A stretch of 64,000 nt of DNA from Patescibacteria group bacterium (GTDB lineage: Bacteria; Patescibacteriota; JABMPQ01; JAQVVF01): the NCBI GenBank assembly GCA_041662665.1, contig JBAZSC010000001.1:65511-129510 (forward strand). The letters run 5' to 3'. Below the pieces are notes generated by a model, which worked only from the letters and a program-made list of their open reading frames with translations, ran no database searches and was not told the DNA's origin. Within the stretch, counting starts at the first letter, position 1. Every line of letters starts with the position of its first letter. Both the position numbers and the translations under genes were made by a program. Shown in pieces: positions 9,862 through 19,526 of the stretch.

Positions 9862-10005
9862 CTTTTGTTAGTCTTTTTTTACCAAAAAAAAGGACAAAAC
9901 ATTGTTTTGCCCTTAATAAAATTAAAAATATTTATTATTCAATATTCAATTCTTTAAACTACTGCAACTAAAGTTGCACGAACCCTGGCTAAAGCCAGGT
10001 ATAAA

Positions 10006-11532
10006 CTACGACTCTTTTGGCCTGTATTGTAGTGCTTCCGCAATATGTTTAGCTTCAATGTTTTCGCAATTTTCAAGATCAGCAATAGTTCGCGAAACCT
10101 TCAAAATTCGGTTGTAGGCACGTGCAGAAAGATGCAAGGTATTAACAGCGTTATGCAATAATTCTTGCGACACAGAATCAATTTTGCAGAAATTACGCAT
10201 CTCTGAATGGCCCATTTCTGAATTAGAAGTTATCGGCATATTTTTAAATCGTTTCACTTGAATTTCACGAGCCTTTTGTACTCGTTTTTGAACATCAGCT
10301 GATTTTTCCGCTAATTGCTCATCAACTAAATTTTCATATTTTACTTTTGGCACATCTATATGAAGATCAATTCGATCCATCAATGGACCAGAAATCCTTT
10401 TTTGATAGCGAGACACTTCGACAGGCGTGCAAGAACATTCTTTATCATTGCTCATATAATATCCGCAAGGACAAGGATTCATTGATGCAACTAATGTGAA
10501 TTTAGCAGGAAAAGTTAATGTTTGTTGAGCACGTGAAATTTGGATTATGTTATCTTCAAGCGGCTGTCTTAAATTATCCAATATTTTTCGATCAAATTCA
10601 GGTAATTCATCAAGAAATAATACTCCGCGATGTGCCAAACTTATCTCGCCAGGTCTAGGATAGGCACCTCCGCCAACTAAGCTCACACCTGAAGCAGTAT
10701 GATGCGGACTTCGAAAAGGCCTTATTTTAACAAGTGAATCATTATCACTCAAATGACCAGCAATAGAATAGATTTTTGTGACTTCAAGAGCTTCAGTAAC
10801 TGTCATTTTTGGTAAAATAGTTGGCAATGTTCTAGCTAATAATGTTTTTCCAGATCCTGGAGGTCCAGACATTAGCATATTATGCGATCCTGATGCTGCA
10901 ATTTCAAGAGCTCTTTTCGCATGTTCTTGACCTTTGATATAAGCCATATCAAACTTAGAAATAATATTTTCATCGGAAAGATTAGTTAAACCTTTCGATC
11001 TAGTTGGAATAATCACACTTCTGCCATTCAAATGCAAAATTAATTGAGTTAAAGACTTAACAGGATAAATTTCAATATCCGGAATTAAGCTTGCTTCAGC
11101 CAAATCGCAAAAAGGCAAATACAATTGCTTTAAGCCCTTTTCTTTTACCATCGAAGCAACAGAAATAATGCCATTAACATGTCTTAATTCTCCTTCAAGA
11201 GATAATTCACCAATAAAAATCTTGTCCTTTTCATCAAATTCAATCTCGCCGTTAGCCTTGAGGATTGCAAGAGCAATTGCCAAATCAAAAGCCGGCCCTT
11301 CTTTCTTAAGGTCAGCCGGCGCCATATTTACAGTTACACGTTTAGGCGGAAACAAAAATCCGCTATTTTTTATTGCTGATCGAACTCTTGCTCTTGATTC
11401 TTGGACAGTTTTATCAGGTAATCCAACAACATCAAAAGCTGGCAAAACACTATTTTGAAAAATATCAGCTTCAACTTGGATTAAAAAACTATCCAAGCCA
11501 ATTACTGATGCGCTTATGACCCTCCCAGGCAT
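10006..11532 (-). CDS. comM: YifB/ComM family Mg-chelatase-like AAA+ ATPase
   Basis: N-terminal Lon-like ChlI subdomain, Walker A GPPGSGKTLLA, conserved VASMNPCPCGY and C-terminal Mg-chelatase region. Confidence 0.85.
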   Translation of the reverse strand: MPGRVISASVIGLDSFLIQVEADIFQNSVLPAFDVVGLPDKTVQESRARVRSAIKNSGFLFPPKRVTVNMAPADLKKEGPAFDLAIALAILKANGEIEFDEKDKIFIGELSLEGELRHVNGIISVASMVKEKGLKQLYLPFCDLAEASLIPDIEIYPVKSLTQLILHLNGRSVIIPTRSKGLTNLSDENIISKFDMAYIKGQEHAKRALEIAASGSHNMLMSGPPGSGKTLLARTLPTILPKMTVTEALEVTKIYSIAGHLSDNDSLVKIRPFRSPHHTASGVSLVGGGAYPRPGEISLAHRGVLFLDELPEFDRKILDNLRQPLEDNIIQISRAQQTLTFPAKFTLVASMNPCPCGYYMSNDKECSCTPVEVSRYQKRISGPLMDRIDLHIDVPKVKYENLVDEQLAEKSADVQKRVQKAREIQVKRFKNMPITSNSEMGHSEMRNFCKIDSVSQELLHNAVNTLHLSARAYNRILKVSRTIADLENCENIEAKHIAEALQYRPKES

Positions 11533-11717
11533 AATTTTCGAATTATAAATTAAAAATAACTAAATAACTAAATTAGAAAAGAGGAAACAGAAAACAGAAA
11601 TTCGTTATTACTGTTTTCTATTTTCTGATTTCTAAATTCACAGCGATTGACAAGATACATATTTAATGATATACTTTTTTTGGTTATCTGCAACAGGAAG
11701 AAAAGGAGGATGACAAC

Positions 11718-12044
11718 ATGAAGCTCTTTGAAACACGTTTCGATTCAAAATCATTGAAAGAAGTCATTGAAATCCATTTCATTCAAGATGGTAAAGTTAT
11801 CTTCAGAAAAAGCCTTGAAACAAATGGATCAGAACTTTGTGATCGAGAGGGCAGAAAATGTGAATTCGTAATGGATCCCTCTGGTTTTGAAGCTTCTCTG
11901 ATTGTAGCCCTATTCAGCAATCTGGGATGTTATGGATTTGCAGAAGTTGAAGAAGGGCATTTTGTGAGATTGGATTATGTTTCGGAATACCAGCATAGGG
12001 TAGAAAAGGCCAAATTAAAAATTCGCGAATTGATCGAACCATAG
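11718..12044 (+). CDS. hypothetical protein
   Basis: AAAAGGAGGA SD then ATG; 108 aa. Confidence 0.5.
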   Translation: MKLFETRFDSKSLKEVIEIHFIQDGKVIFRKSLETNGSELCDREGRKCEFVMDPSGFEASLIVALFSNLGCYGFAEVEEGHFVRLDYVSEYQHRVEKAKLKIRELIEP

Positions 12045-12065
12045 ACTCAGTTATCTGAGTTTTTT

Positions 12066-12521
12066 TTATTTTCTAGCTTTCTTAAATTCCAGCACAATCA
12101 TAATAATAATTCCGCTAATTATGTATAAATCAGCCAAGTTTAACACGCTTAAATTAAATAGGTGAATATAATCAACCACAAAACCTCTAAAAACTCTATC
12201 AATTAAATTTGAAAAAGCTCCAGCAATGACTAGCATCAATGAAAATAAAACAATAAAATTCATCTTTTTTAATTCTTGCTGAAATTTTTGCAATAAAAAA
12301 TATAATATTAAGAAAATTACGATATACATAATCACTTTTGGCATCGGCAAGCCAAAAGCAACGCCAAGATTCTGAAAAGAAGCAATTCCAAAATTATTAT
12401 TCAAAACAAAAAAACCATCTTGAGGAAGATAGTTTACAACAATAAATTTAAATAATTGGTCAATAAAAATAAGAATTAAACCAATTAAAATCAAATATAT
12501 AATTTTTGTTTTGTTTTTCAT
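12066..12521 (-). CDS. lspA: lipoprotein signal peptidase (signal peptidase II)
   Basis: Four TM helices; conserved NLGVAFG, FSNLIDR and VVDYIHL motifs of LspA. Confidence 0.8.
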   Translation of the reverse strand: MKNKTKIIYLILIGLILIFIDQLFKFIVVNYLPQDGFFVLNNNFGIASFQNLGVAFGLPMPKVIMYIVIFLILYFLLQKFQQELKKMNFIVLFSLMLVIAGAFSNLIDRVFRGFVVDYIHLFNLSVLNLADLYIISGIIIMIVLEFKKARK

Positions 12522-12522
12522 G

Positions 12523-12652
12523 AATATAATACAAATATACGAATTTATGCAAATTTACGAATATGCAAATCGTCGATAAACAAAATTCGCATATTCGTAA
12601 CATTTGCAAATAATTTTACTGTAACGAAAAATTATTCGTAAATTCGTATTAT
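12523..12652. repeat. palindromic MITE-like element (TACGAAT family), copy A; the arm next to lspA forms its promoter/5'UTR
   Basis: Two ~50-bp arms in inverted orientation (aatataatacaaatatacgaatttatgcaaatttacgaatatgcaaat / atttgcaaat...attcgtaaattcgtattat); related copies at 53194..53300, 57449..57502 and 58415..58530. Confidence 0.5.
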
Positions 12653-13005
12653 TTTTTTGCGCACTCTATGCAATAAGTCGCAGTTGGATTTGCTTCTAAT
12701 CTTGCTTTATCGATCATTTTATTGCAATTCTCGCATTTACCAAAAGTGCCTTTTTTAATCCTATCTAAAGCATTATCTACGTCTTTTAATTTTTGTTCTA
12801 AGTTTCCTTCAACAGACAAATTGCTATCATAAAGAGAGACTTCAGCAGCTTCAGCTGTATTATCAAAGATTGGATCGCCAAAATTTTTGAATTTTGGATC
12901 ATAATCATCTTTGGCTTTTGGATCTTTTGTCGCAACATCGCCCAAGCTCTTTTGAAGTTGTTGTTTTTCTTTTTCTAATTTGTCTTTTATATTGTTGTCT
13001 TGCAT
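12649..13005 (-). CDS. DksA/TraR-family C4 zinc-finger protein
   Basis: C-terminal CENCNKMIDKARLEANPTATYCIECAKK (CxxC-17-CxxC) preceded by a coiled-coil region. Confidence 0.75.
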   Translation of the reverse strand: MQDNNIKDKLEKEKQQLQKSLGDVATKDPKAKDDYDPKFKNFGDPIFDNTAEAAEVSLYDSNLSVEGNLEQKLKDVDNALDRIKKGTFGKCENCNKMIDKARLEANPTATYCIECAKK

Positions 13006-13280
13006 AAATTTTATTTTTAAATGTCTAGTAACTTAATTCTAGCATAAAATTAAATAAAAATCTAGGCGAAATTGCTCAATTGTTCATTTGTTAAATTGTT
13101 AAATCGTTGATTAAAGTTCCTATCCCACACCAAATGCAACTAGAAAAAATAGTTATATCACAGATTAAATGTATTTTAGAAAGAAAATGTTTTTCGTTAC
13201 TTTAACGGCATTTGGTGCGGGATTGTAAATTAAGCATGTTTTTTCTACGCCTGCGGGCTTGAAAAAAATGCTTTCTTTAC

Positions 13281-13310
13281 AAAAAAAACGGGCGCCAGAG
13301 GGCGCCCGTT
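13281..13310 (-). terminator. rho-independent terminator oriented for a minus-strand transcript (cgggcgcc-agag-ggcgcccg; T-run on the minus strand)
   Basis: Perfect 8-bp GC stem; the minus strand reads ...cgggcgccctctggcgcccgtttttttt; a second AT hairpin lies at 13231..13268. Confidence 0.65.
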
Positions 13311-13700
13311 AAAAATATTTAATGGCGCTCTGGCACCCGTGGGAGCTATATCTTACCGCCTTTCTCCTACTTGTGAATGATCACGTAGAATAAGGGCAGG
13401 ATTTAGCGATATAACCCATACAAGGTGCACAAGAAGCCTGATAGTTCTTCAATGTGTCTGTTCTCTCACCGTCCTTCTGGCTTTTGATCTATTTTGGATC
13501 TTGGCCTAAATTTTTGTTTTTGGTTTTTTGACTCCACTTGTTCTGGAGTATAAAGTGCGATTTTGCGGGTGTATCAGCACCCTTAACGGACAGAGAGAGC
13601 AGAATATCGAGTTACTAGTAACTAGTCACTAGTAACTGGCATTCTGCTCGCCCTGTACGGTCGCAGAAAAATAAATTTTTATAAGATATCTCGTTTTCTA
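13311..13700 (-). ncRNA. candidate structured non-coding RNA of unknown class in an ORF-free 1.2 kb region
   Basis: No ORF of 60 aa or more between 13006 and 14211; the region ends at a strong minus-oriented terminator; GC-richer than surrounding intergenic DNA, with multiple local stems (e.g. gagcagaat/attctgctc, gggtg..caccc). Confidence 0.2.
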
Positions 13701-14039
13701 CTTTTTTGTGGCCCTATGCAGATCAAATGGCTAGGCCATTGCAGATAAGCACGGGTAGTTGAATAGGGAAATGTCATAATTCATCTCACGAAATATATTT
13801 TTCCACTCAGGATAGCAAAAGAAAAATGTTCTTTTGGCGAGTCTTAAAATCATTTTAGCTTTTTTCTATGTTTATAAGTATTTCTACTCTGCAACGCGTC
13901 AAAGAGCAGACTCTACATCAGTAACTACAAAAAATCGCAGAAAGCCTAATTTGATTCTGACTAGCTCAAATTGTGAAAAAACGTTTTTGTTTTTGTTTCT
14001 ACATATATTATAGCATAAAATAACGTTTCATTCAAACCT

Positions 14040-14170
14040 TATTATAAATAAAAATGAAAGCTTAACAAAGCCAATCCACAAGTTATCAACAGCGAACACA
14101 AAAGTTATACACAGGCAATGTTTATAACTTTTATAGTTTTAAACAGCATATCTACAACTTATCCACAGGT
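14040..14170. promoter_or_regulatory. cluster of DnaA-box-like 9-mers (TTATCAACA, TTATACACA, TTATCCACA, plus AATCCACA) with a flanking AT-rich tract; candidate oriC or DnaA-regulated region
   Basis: Three TTATNCACA-class boxes in the same orientation within 85 bp, adjacent to ttattataaataaaaatg. Confidence 0.45.
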
Positions 14171-14211
14171 TAGGAACAATTTAAGTAATAAAAAAATCCA
14201 GATAACTGGAT

Positions 14212-14625
14212 TTACAAAGTACTGTACTTGAAATCTTTACGGACTAATGTCAGTTCAACAACAGTTTCTTCTTCATTGATGAATTCTTGGGAGTTTAACA
14301 AAGTCAGAAAACGAAGAAGAGATGCAAAATCACTGAATTCAAAGAATTGGTAGTCAAGGCTACGTTCATCGGAAAGATCAATCACAGCATGATGAGTATC
14401 TTTGTTGAAACGGATCCTGACGATTTTACAAAGCACATCGGCAAGTTGCTGTACTGCCAGCAATAGCCTCAAATCGCATACAGAAACAACAGCTCCAAGA
14501 AGAGTTTCTTCTCCATTTTCTTCCGTATTGATGATCAAAGTTGATCTTTCGCGACCAAGGTTCAAGAAAACTTGTTCTGGCGAACCATAAAAAGCCTTGC
14601 ATTCCAATGTTGCCACGCGTTTCAT
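14212..14625 (-). CDS. hypothetical protein
   Basis: AAGGAGGAG SD then ATG (MKRVATLE...); 138 aa. Confidence 0.5.
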   Translation of the reverse strand: MKRVATLECKAFYGSPEQVFLNLGRERSTLIINTEENGEETLLGAVVSVCDLRLLLAVQQLADVLCKIVRIRFNKDTHHAVIDLSDERSLDYQFFEFSDFASLLRFLTLLNSQEFINEEETVVELTLVRKDFKYSTL

Positions 14626-14691
14626 TTCTTTCTCCTCCTTTTTCTCGCCCACCCGAAGTATTTAATAACGTATACTAAAATCTAAAAAATG

Positions 14692-17391
14692 TCAATGTTT
14701 TTCCAAAAATTTCTCAACTTCTGTACCAATTTCCTTAATTTCATGGTGAGAAACACCTACTTTAGGCAAAGCTTGTAAAAACTTCATGCCATAGTCAGTA
14801 TTTTCAAGTCTCAAATCAAGCATCACAACTACGCCTTTGTCAGTTTTTGACCTTATTAATCTGCCAAATCCTTGTTTAAAAGTCAAAATAGCGCGTGGAA
14901 TAGAATATTGCATAAACTTATTTTGATATTGACTTGATCTTGCCTCAAAAATTGGCTCGCTTGGCACTTCAAATGGAATTTTAGTAATTACCAGGCATGA
15001 CAAATTTTCACCAGGAATATCCACTCCTTCCCAAAAAGAAGAAGTGCCTAGCAATATTGTATTTTTATCACTTTTAAAAGCATTTAATAATTTCATTTTT
15101 CCGCCAGTCACGCCTTGAGCCAAAACTTTTACTCCTTCTTGTCTCAATTCAAATGCCAATTTTTTATAAACACTTCTGATTGCCGAATAAGAAGTAAAAA
15201 GAACCAAAGTCTTTCCTTTTAATTTTTTTCCAATATCAATCAACACTTCGCAAGTTTTATTATTAAAATCATTATGATTTGGCAACGGAAAATCAGTTGG
15301 TAAAATAACAGTTGCTTGTTTTTCAAAATCATAATGAGAGGGGATTTGAATTTTATCAAAAGTTTCATCTAATCCAAGCTTTTTTGCAAAATAATCAAAA
15401 CCTTGATCAGTTGTTAGCGTTGCTGATGCCAAGATGACTGTTTCTTTCTTATCAAACAAATTATCTTTCAAATAACCATCAATATTTAAAGGTGCTGAAA
15501 ACAAATTAATCTTTTCTTCTCTGAAAGTCAGCCAATAGATGCCATTTTCTAATGGGTTAACAATAATTTCCTTCAACAAATCCTTAGTTTCGCGATTCTC
15601 CATAATTAAGCCATCAAGATCATAAATAATTTCTTGCCAATTTTTGTCATCTGTTGAATAATTTACCTTTAAATGATCCAAAAGTTCAGTTAGACTTTTT
15701 TCAAGCACTTCAAATTGCAAAACTAAATTGTTTATTGAGCCAGTTACTTTCCACCATTCACCATAATTTCGAACTCTGTCAGTCAGCAATAATTTTAGTC
15801 TGCCATTATAAAAATCTTGAAAAGCATTATTCTTAATAAAAATATTCAAAATGCCAAAAAATAGATCAGTTTGATTGGTTAATTTTTCCAAATTATGAAA
15901 AATCTTGTCTGTTACCTCAGATTTTTCTTTTTTACCAATTTTATTCAAAATTGATTTAATATTTTTCAAAAATTCATCAATTTTTTCATTTGACACAAAT
16001 TTCGTTAGTTGCGAGGTCATACTATCTTCCAGATGATGCGCTTCATCAATAATCAAATGTTTATAATCCAGATAATTCTCATCATCAGAACTTACAGCTA
16101 ATAAAGCATGATTAATAATCACAATATCAGCAGATTTTGCTTCTTCTTTTGCTTTATAATAAAAACATTTCTTTTGATTTGGGCATTTTCTTTTCAAACA
16201 AAAATTAGAACTGCAAACCAAGCTCTTTTTGACCCATTCTTCCTGAAAGCTTAATGACAATTCATTCAAAATGCCATCAGGAGTTTCTGGCATCCATAAT
16301 AATATTTTAACTAAAACAGTTAATTCGTCTTCGCTTAAGTTTTTTTTACTTTTTAATTCAAGGAATCGACGCAAGCACAAATAATTTTCTCTGCCAACTA
16401 ATTTTTTAGCTTTGAAATTAAAATTTACTGATTCTCGAACAATTGGGATATCCTTAAACAATAATTGATCTTGCAAATTCAGCGTGTATGTCGAAATTAC
16501 TACTTTTTCATTGTTTGCTTTGGCAAAATAAACAGCTGGTAATAAATAGGCGAGTGATTTGCCAACGCCAGGACCTGCTTCACAAACCAAATGTTTATCG
16601 CCCAAAAAAGTTTCACTCACTTTTTTCATCATTTCGATTTGATTCGGCCGAAATTCAAAATTCTTAAACACTTTGCTCAATTTTCCTTGATCAGCAAACA
16701 TTTTTTCAATCTGCCTCAAATCAAATTCTGGAATAACGTCGTTTGTCGTTTGCGTAGTTATTTTTAATTTTTGATTAATTATTTTAGATTTTAGATTTTT
16801 GACTTTTTTATGATTTATGAACAATTCACTTAATGACCATTCATGTCTAGTCAGCAATTTCCGAATATCTTCCAATATACGAATATCCAGTTCATCAATT
16901 TTAGCGATCAAAAACGAAAACAGTTCGCGTGTCGCCAAAACATCGCCCATCGCTCGATGGCTCTGTACATTTTTCATTTTTAAAAAAGAAACTAATGATT
17001 CCAAGCTATGCGAGCCTAACGATGGCAACAGAATAGTCGCTAATTTCCAAGTATCATAAGATTTATTTGGCAAATCAACACCTTTTGCTTTTAAATATCC
17101 CAAATCAAATGAAATATTATGGCCAATGATCGGCAAATCGCCAATAAATTTAATTAAATTATCTTGAATTTGATGAAGCAATGGCGCATCCTTTACCATT
17201 TCATCAGTTATTCCAGTTACAGCTTTAATTATTTTTGGAATTTCTGTTTTTGGATTAACAAAAGTCTGAAATTCATCAATTACTTTATCTCCTTCAAATT
17301 TAATCGCTGCAATTTCAATAATCTCGCCAAGACTTGGCAAAAGATCTGTCACTTCAATATCTAGACAGACGTATATTTTTTGATTTTTCAT
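14692..17391 (-). CDS. dinG: DinG-family ATP-dependent DNA helicase with N-terminal DnaQ-like 3'-5' exonuclease domain
   Basis: N-terminal YVCLDIEVTDL...HNISFDLGYL (DEDDh exonuclease); Walker A GPGVGKSLAYLLPA; DEAH box IIDEAHHLED; C-terminal helicase motifs. Confidence 0.8.
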   Translation of the reverse strand: MKNQKIYVCLDIEVTDLLPSLGEIIEIAAIKFEGDKVIDEFQTFVNPKTEIPKIIKAVTGITDEMVKDAPLLHQIQDNLIKFIGDLPIIGHNISFDLGYLKAKGVDLPNKSYDTWKLATILLPSLGSHSLESLVSFLKMKNVQSHRAMGDVLATRELFSFLIAKIDELDIRILEDIRKLLTRHEWSLSELFINHKKVKNLKSKIINQKLKITTQTTNDVIPEFDLRQIEKMFADQGKLSKVFKNFEFRPNQIEMMKKVSETFLGDKHLVCEAGPGVGKSLAYLLPAVYFAKANNEKVVISTYTLNLQDQLLFKDIPIVRESVNFNFKAKKLVGRENYLCLRRFLELKSKKNLSEDELTVLVKILLWMPETPDGILNELSLSFQEEWVKKSLVCSSNFCLKRKCPNQKKCFYYKAKEEAKSADIVIINHALLAVSSDDENYLDYKHLIIDEAHHLEDSMTSQLTKFVSNEKIDEFLKNIKSILNKIGKKEKSEVTDKIFHNLEKLTNQTDLFFGILNIFIKNNAFQDFYNGRLKLLLTDRVRNYGEWWKVTGSINNLVLQFEVLEKSLTELLDHLKVNYSTDDKNWQEIIYDLDGLIMENRETKDLLKEIIVNPLENGIYWLTFREEKINLFSAPLNIDGYLKDNLFDKKETVILASATLTTDQGFDYFAKKLGLDETFDKIQIPSHYDFEKQATVILPTDFPLPNHNDFNNKTCEVLIDIGKKLKGKTLVLFTSYSAIRSVYKKLAFELRQEGVKVLAQGVTGGKMKLLNAFKSDKNTILLGTSSFWEGVDIPGENLSCLVITKIPFEVPSEPIFEARSSQYQNKFMQYSIPRAILTFKQGFGRLIRSKTDKGVVVMLDLRLENTDYGMKFLQALPKVGVSHHEIKEIGTEVEKFLEKH

Positions 17392-17544
17392 TAGTAGAAT
17401 ATTAGAAATTGAATATTAGAAATTAAAACTAAAAATGTTAAACCTATTTTAACACGATAATATCTAATTTCCAATTTCCAATATTTTCATGAATAAAAAA
17501 ATAAACATATAATTTTGTAAATCGTTATTAGACATTTTTCACGA

Positions 17545-17572
17545 AAATAAAAAGCAGAACAAATTCTGCTTA
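17545..17572 (-). terminator. terminator hairpin agcagaac..ttctgct plus T-tract (minus strand)
   Basis: Hairpin overlapping the stop of 17570..18523; member of a repeated terminator family. Confidence 0.55.
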
Positions 17573-18523
17573 CTCCAAGTCATCTTGGGTTTGAAGGAAC
17601 TTTACGACAATGTCATGCAAAGTAATAATGCCAAGAGTTTTTTCTGATTTATCAATTACTCGTCCAACTGGATTATTTTTTAATAAAGCATACGCTTCGC
17701 CAATCAGCATATTATTTGGAATTTCAATTGTTGCGCTTACTAATCCTCGTAAAACAAGAGTTTCCTTGTTTATTCTCAAAACAAATTCCAGCAAATCATC
17801 AGGAGAAATAAAGCCAATCACAATCTTTGGATTTTGATCGTCAACAATTAGAATCGGCCGATCTCTTTTTACAGCTCCAAGCAAATCTGCTCTCGAAGTT
17901 GTTGATTTTACTTTAGAACAATCTTTTATCGGCACCATCAAATCTTTGGCATGCAAATTATTGACTGCCAAATAGCGTTCCAAAATTGCCGCTTCTTCAC
18001 GTGACAACGCTTTTTGTTCGCATGCAAGTCTTGCTAATGCAATCACATCTTTTTCATCAACTACCTCCTCATATCCGCCCATTATCTTTGTTGTCCATTT
18101 GATCAGCCAAGTAATCGGATAAAAAACAATCATTAACACAAAAAGAATGTGAGCGCTATACTTGCAGGATTGAAATGAAAACTTAATGCCAAAAATCTTT
18201 GGTACAATCTCACCAAGATAAAACATGAATAATGGATAGACAAAGAGCGATATTTCAAGCAACGGTCCATCAGTTTTTGCTGCCAACCTGCCAATAGTCA
18301 ATGGTCCAAAATACAAAACAGAATATATCATCAAGAGAATAAAACTAACAACAATTGGCTGATTTTTTAGAATCTTTTTCATCAGCGCAGTTGTTTTCGT
18401 TTGCTTATGTTCCATTTCATATTTCACAATGTCAGCAGTAACCATTTTTAGCCATGAAGATTCAAGAAGAGATAAAAAAAAGCTGAACACAAAAGTCAAA
18501 ATCATTACGATTATTATTGCCAC
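17570..18523 (-). CDS. DUF21 plus CBS-pair membrane protein (CNNM/CorC-HlyC transporter family)
   Basis: Four N-terminal TM helices followed by two CBS-like segments. Confidence 0.6.
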   Translation of the reverse strand: MAIIIVMILTFVFSFFLSLLESSWLKMVTADIVKYEMEHKQTKTTALMKKILKNQPIVVSFILLMIYSVLYFGPLTIGRLAAKTDGPLLEISLFVYPLFMFYLGEIVPKIFGIKFSFQSCKYSAHILFVLMIVFYPITWLIKWTTKIMGGYEEVVDEKDVIALARLACEQKALSREEAAILERYLAVNNLHAKDLMVPIKDCSKVKSTTSRADLLGAVKRDRPILIVDDQNPKIVIGFISPDDLLEFVLRINKETLVLRGLVSATIEIPNNMLIGEAYALLKNNPVGRVIDKSEKTLGIITLHDIVVKFLQTQDDLE

Positions 18524-18630
18524 TTTCTTCTCCTCCTGTTTCTGGGATTTTTTACTTTACAATAAATTTAAAGAGCGATATTTGAGTATAATGCAATTTT
18601 AATCAAAAATAAATATTATTTTAGCCAAAA

Positions 18631-18657
18631 TAAAAAAAGCAGAAATAAATCTGCTTA
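18631..18657 (-). terminator. terminator aaaaaaagcagaaataaatctgct (minus-strand oriented)
   Basis: Hairpin agcaga/tctgct plus A/T-tract overlapping the stop codon of 18655..19473. Confidence 0.6.
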
Positions 18658-19473
18658 CAAGGTACTTTGAGCTAAGGCAAGTTCCTGCATTTTCTTCAAT
18701 GACATACTTTTTGCATACTCTGCGCAGCTAAACATTGATGTTTCATTTTCGCCATCGTGACCTTCTGTTACTTTTACAGCTGGAACTTCCAGACAAGATT
18801 GAGCTTGTTCATGAATCCATTTTGCTTGCTCAATAGTTTTGCATGACTCAACCATATGACACAATATTTCAATCTGATCACCAACTGCACAAGCTCTGTA
18901 ATAGACTGCCTGACTCTGTTCGAAAGTCAACACTTCTTCCTTTTCAACCAAGTTAGCTGCATATTTCTCAAGTCTTCCTGCAATTAAAAATTCGAATCCA
19001 CGCAATTGTTCGAGCGAACCTTCGCACTCAACCTCGGTCGAGTCATGACCTTTCGCTTCCAATTCTTTTTCTACTTCATCAAACAATGCTTTCCAATCAG
19101 CAAAAGTACCTTTTTCTTCCATAATTTCTTGTGCTATTCTTTCCAAAACTGTCATTTCAGCCTTCACATGATATATTCCAATTTCCTGACGGTAAATCCT
19201 TACTGCTTCAGCAAAAGTACAAGATATTTTCAACAACTTTTCCATTCTGTCTTTTTGAGTAAAATCAAGATGATTCCATACCTCGATTAGGAGCGATGAT
19301 CCAAGAACTAGAATTTCATCATCTGTCAGTTCATTAAAGAAAGCAGCTATTGCAATACGTTCACCAACCATAGCTTTTAATTGTCCCAAAGCTAGCTTCA
19401 TCTTTTCTCGGTCTTTCCACATCGTCCCTTCCTCCTTGCTTGGGGTAAAAAAGAGCATAGATAATAATATCAA
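18655..19473 (-). CDS. hypothetical protein; tandem paralog of 19524..20195
   Basis: AGGAGG SD; N-terminal ...AIAAFFNELTDDEILVLG... and C-terminal ...ELALAQSTL parallel the neighbouring gene. Confidence 0.5.
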   Translation of the reverse strand: MILLSMLFFTPSKEEGTMWKDREKMKLALGQLKAMVGERIAIAAFFNELTDDEILVLGSSLLIEVWNHLDFTQKDRMEKLLKISCTFAEAVRIYRQEIGIYHVKAEMTVLERIAQEIMEEKGTFADWKALFDEVEKELEAKGHDSTEVECEGSLEQLRGFEFLIAGRLEKYAANLVEKEEVLTFEQSQAVYYRACAVGDQIEILCHMVESCKTIEQAKWIHEQAQSCLEVPAVKVTEGHDGENETSMFSCAEYAKSMSLKKMQELALAQSTL

Positions 19474-19500
19474 AACAAAATATTTTAATCAAGCCAAAAA

Positions 19501-19526
19501 TAAAAAAAGCAGAAATAAATCTGCTA
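19501..19526 (-). terminator. terminator aaaaaaagcagaaataaatctgct (identical to the 18631 copy)
   Basis: The same 24-nt hairpin plus tract overlaps the stop of 19524..20195. Confidence 0.6.

Noticed and set aside
13311-13700. Assignment of the candidate ncRNA as RNase P RNA, tmRNA or SRP RNA
   Set aside because: Partial string matches (e.g. AAUAAGGGCAGG) were found, but the universally conserved P4 partner of RNase P, a tmRNA tRNA-like 3' end / tag reading frame, and the SRP domain IV motif were not identifiable by eye. Left unclassified pending covariance-model search.
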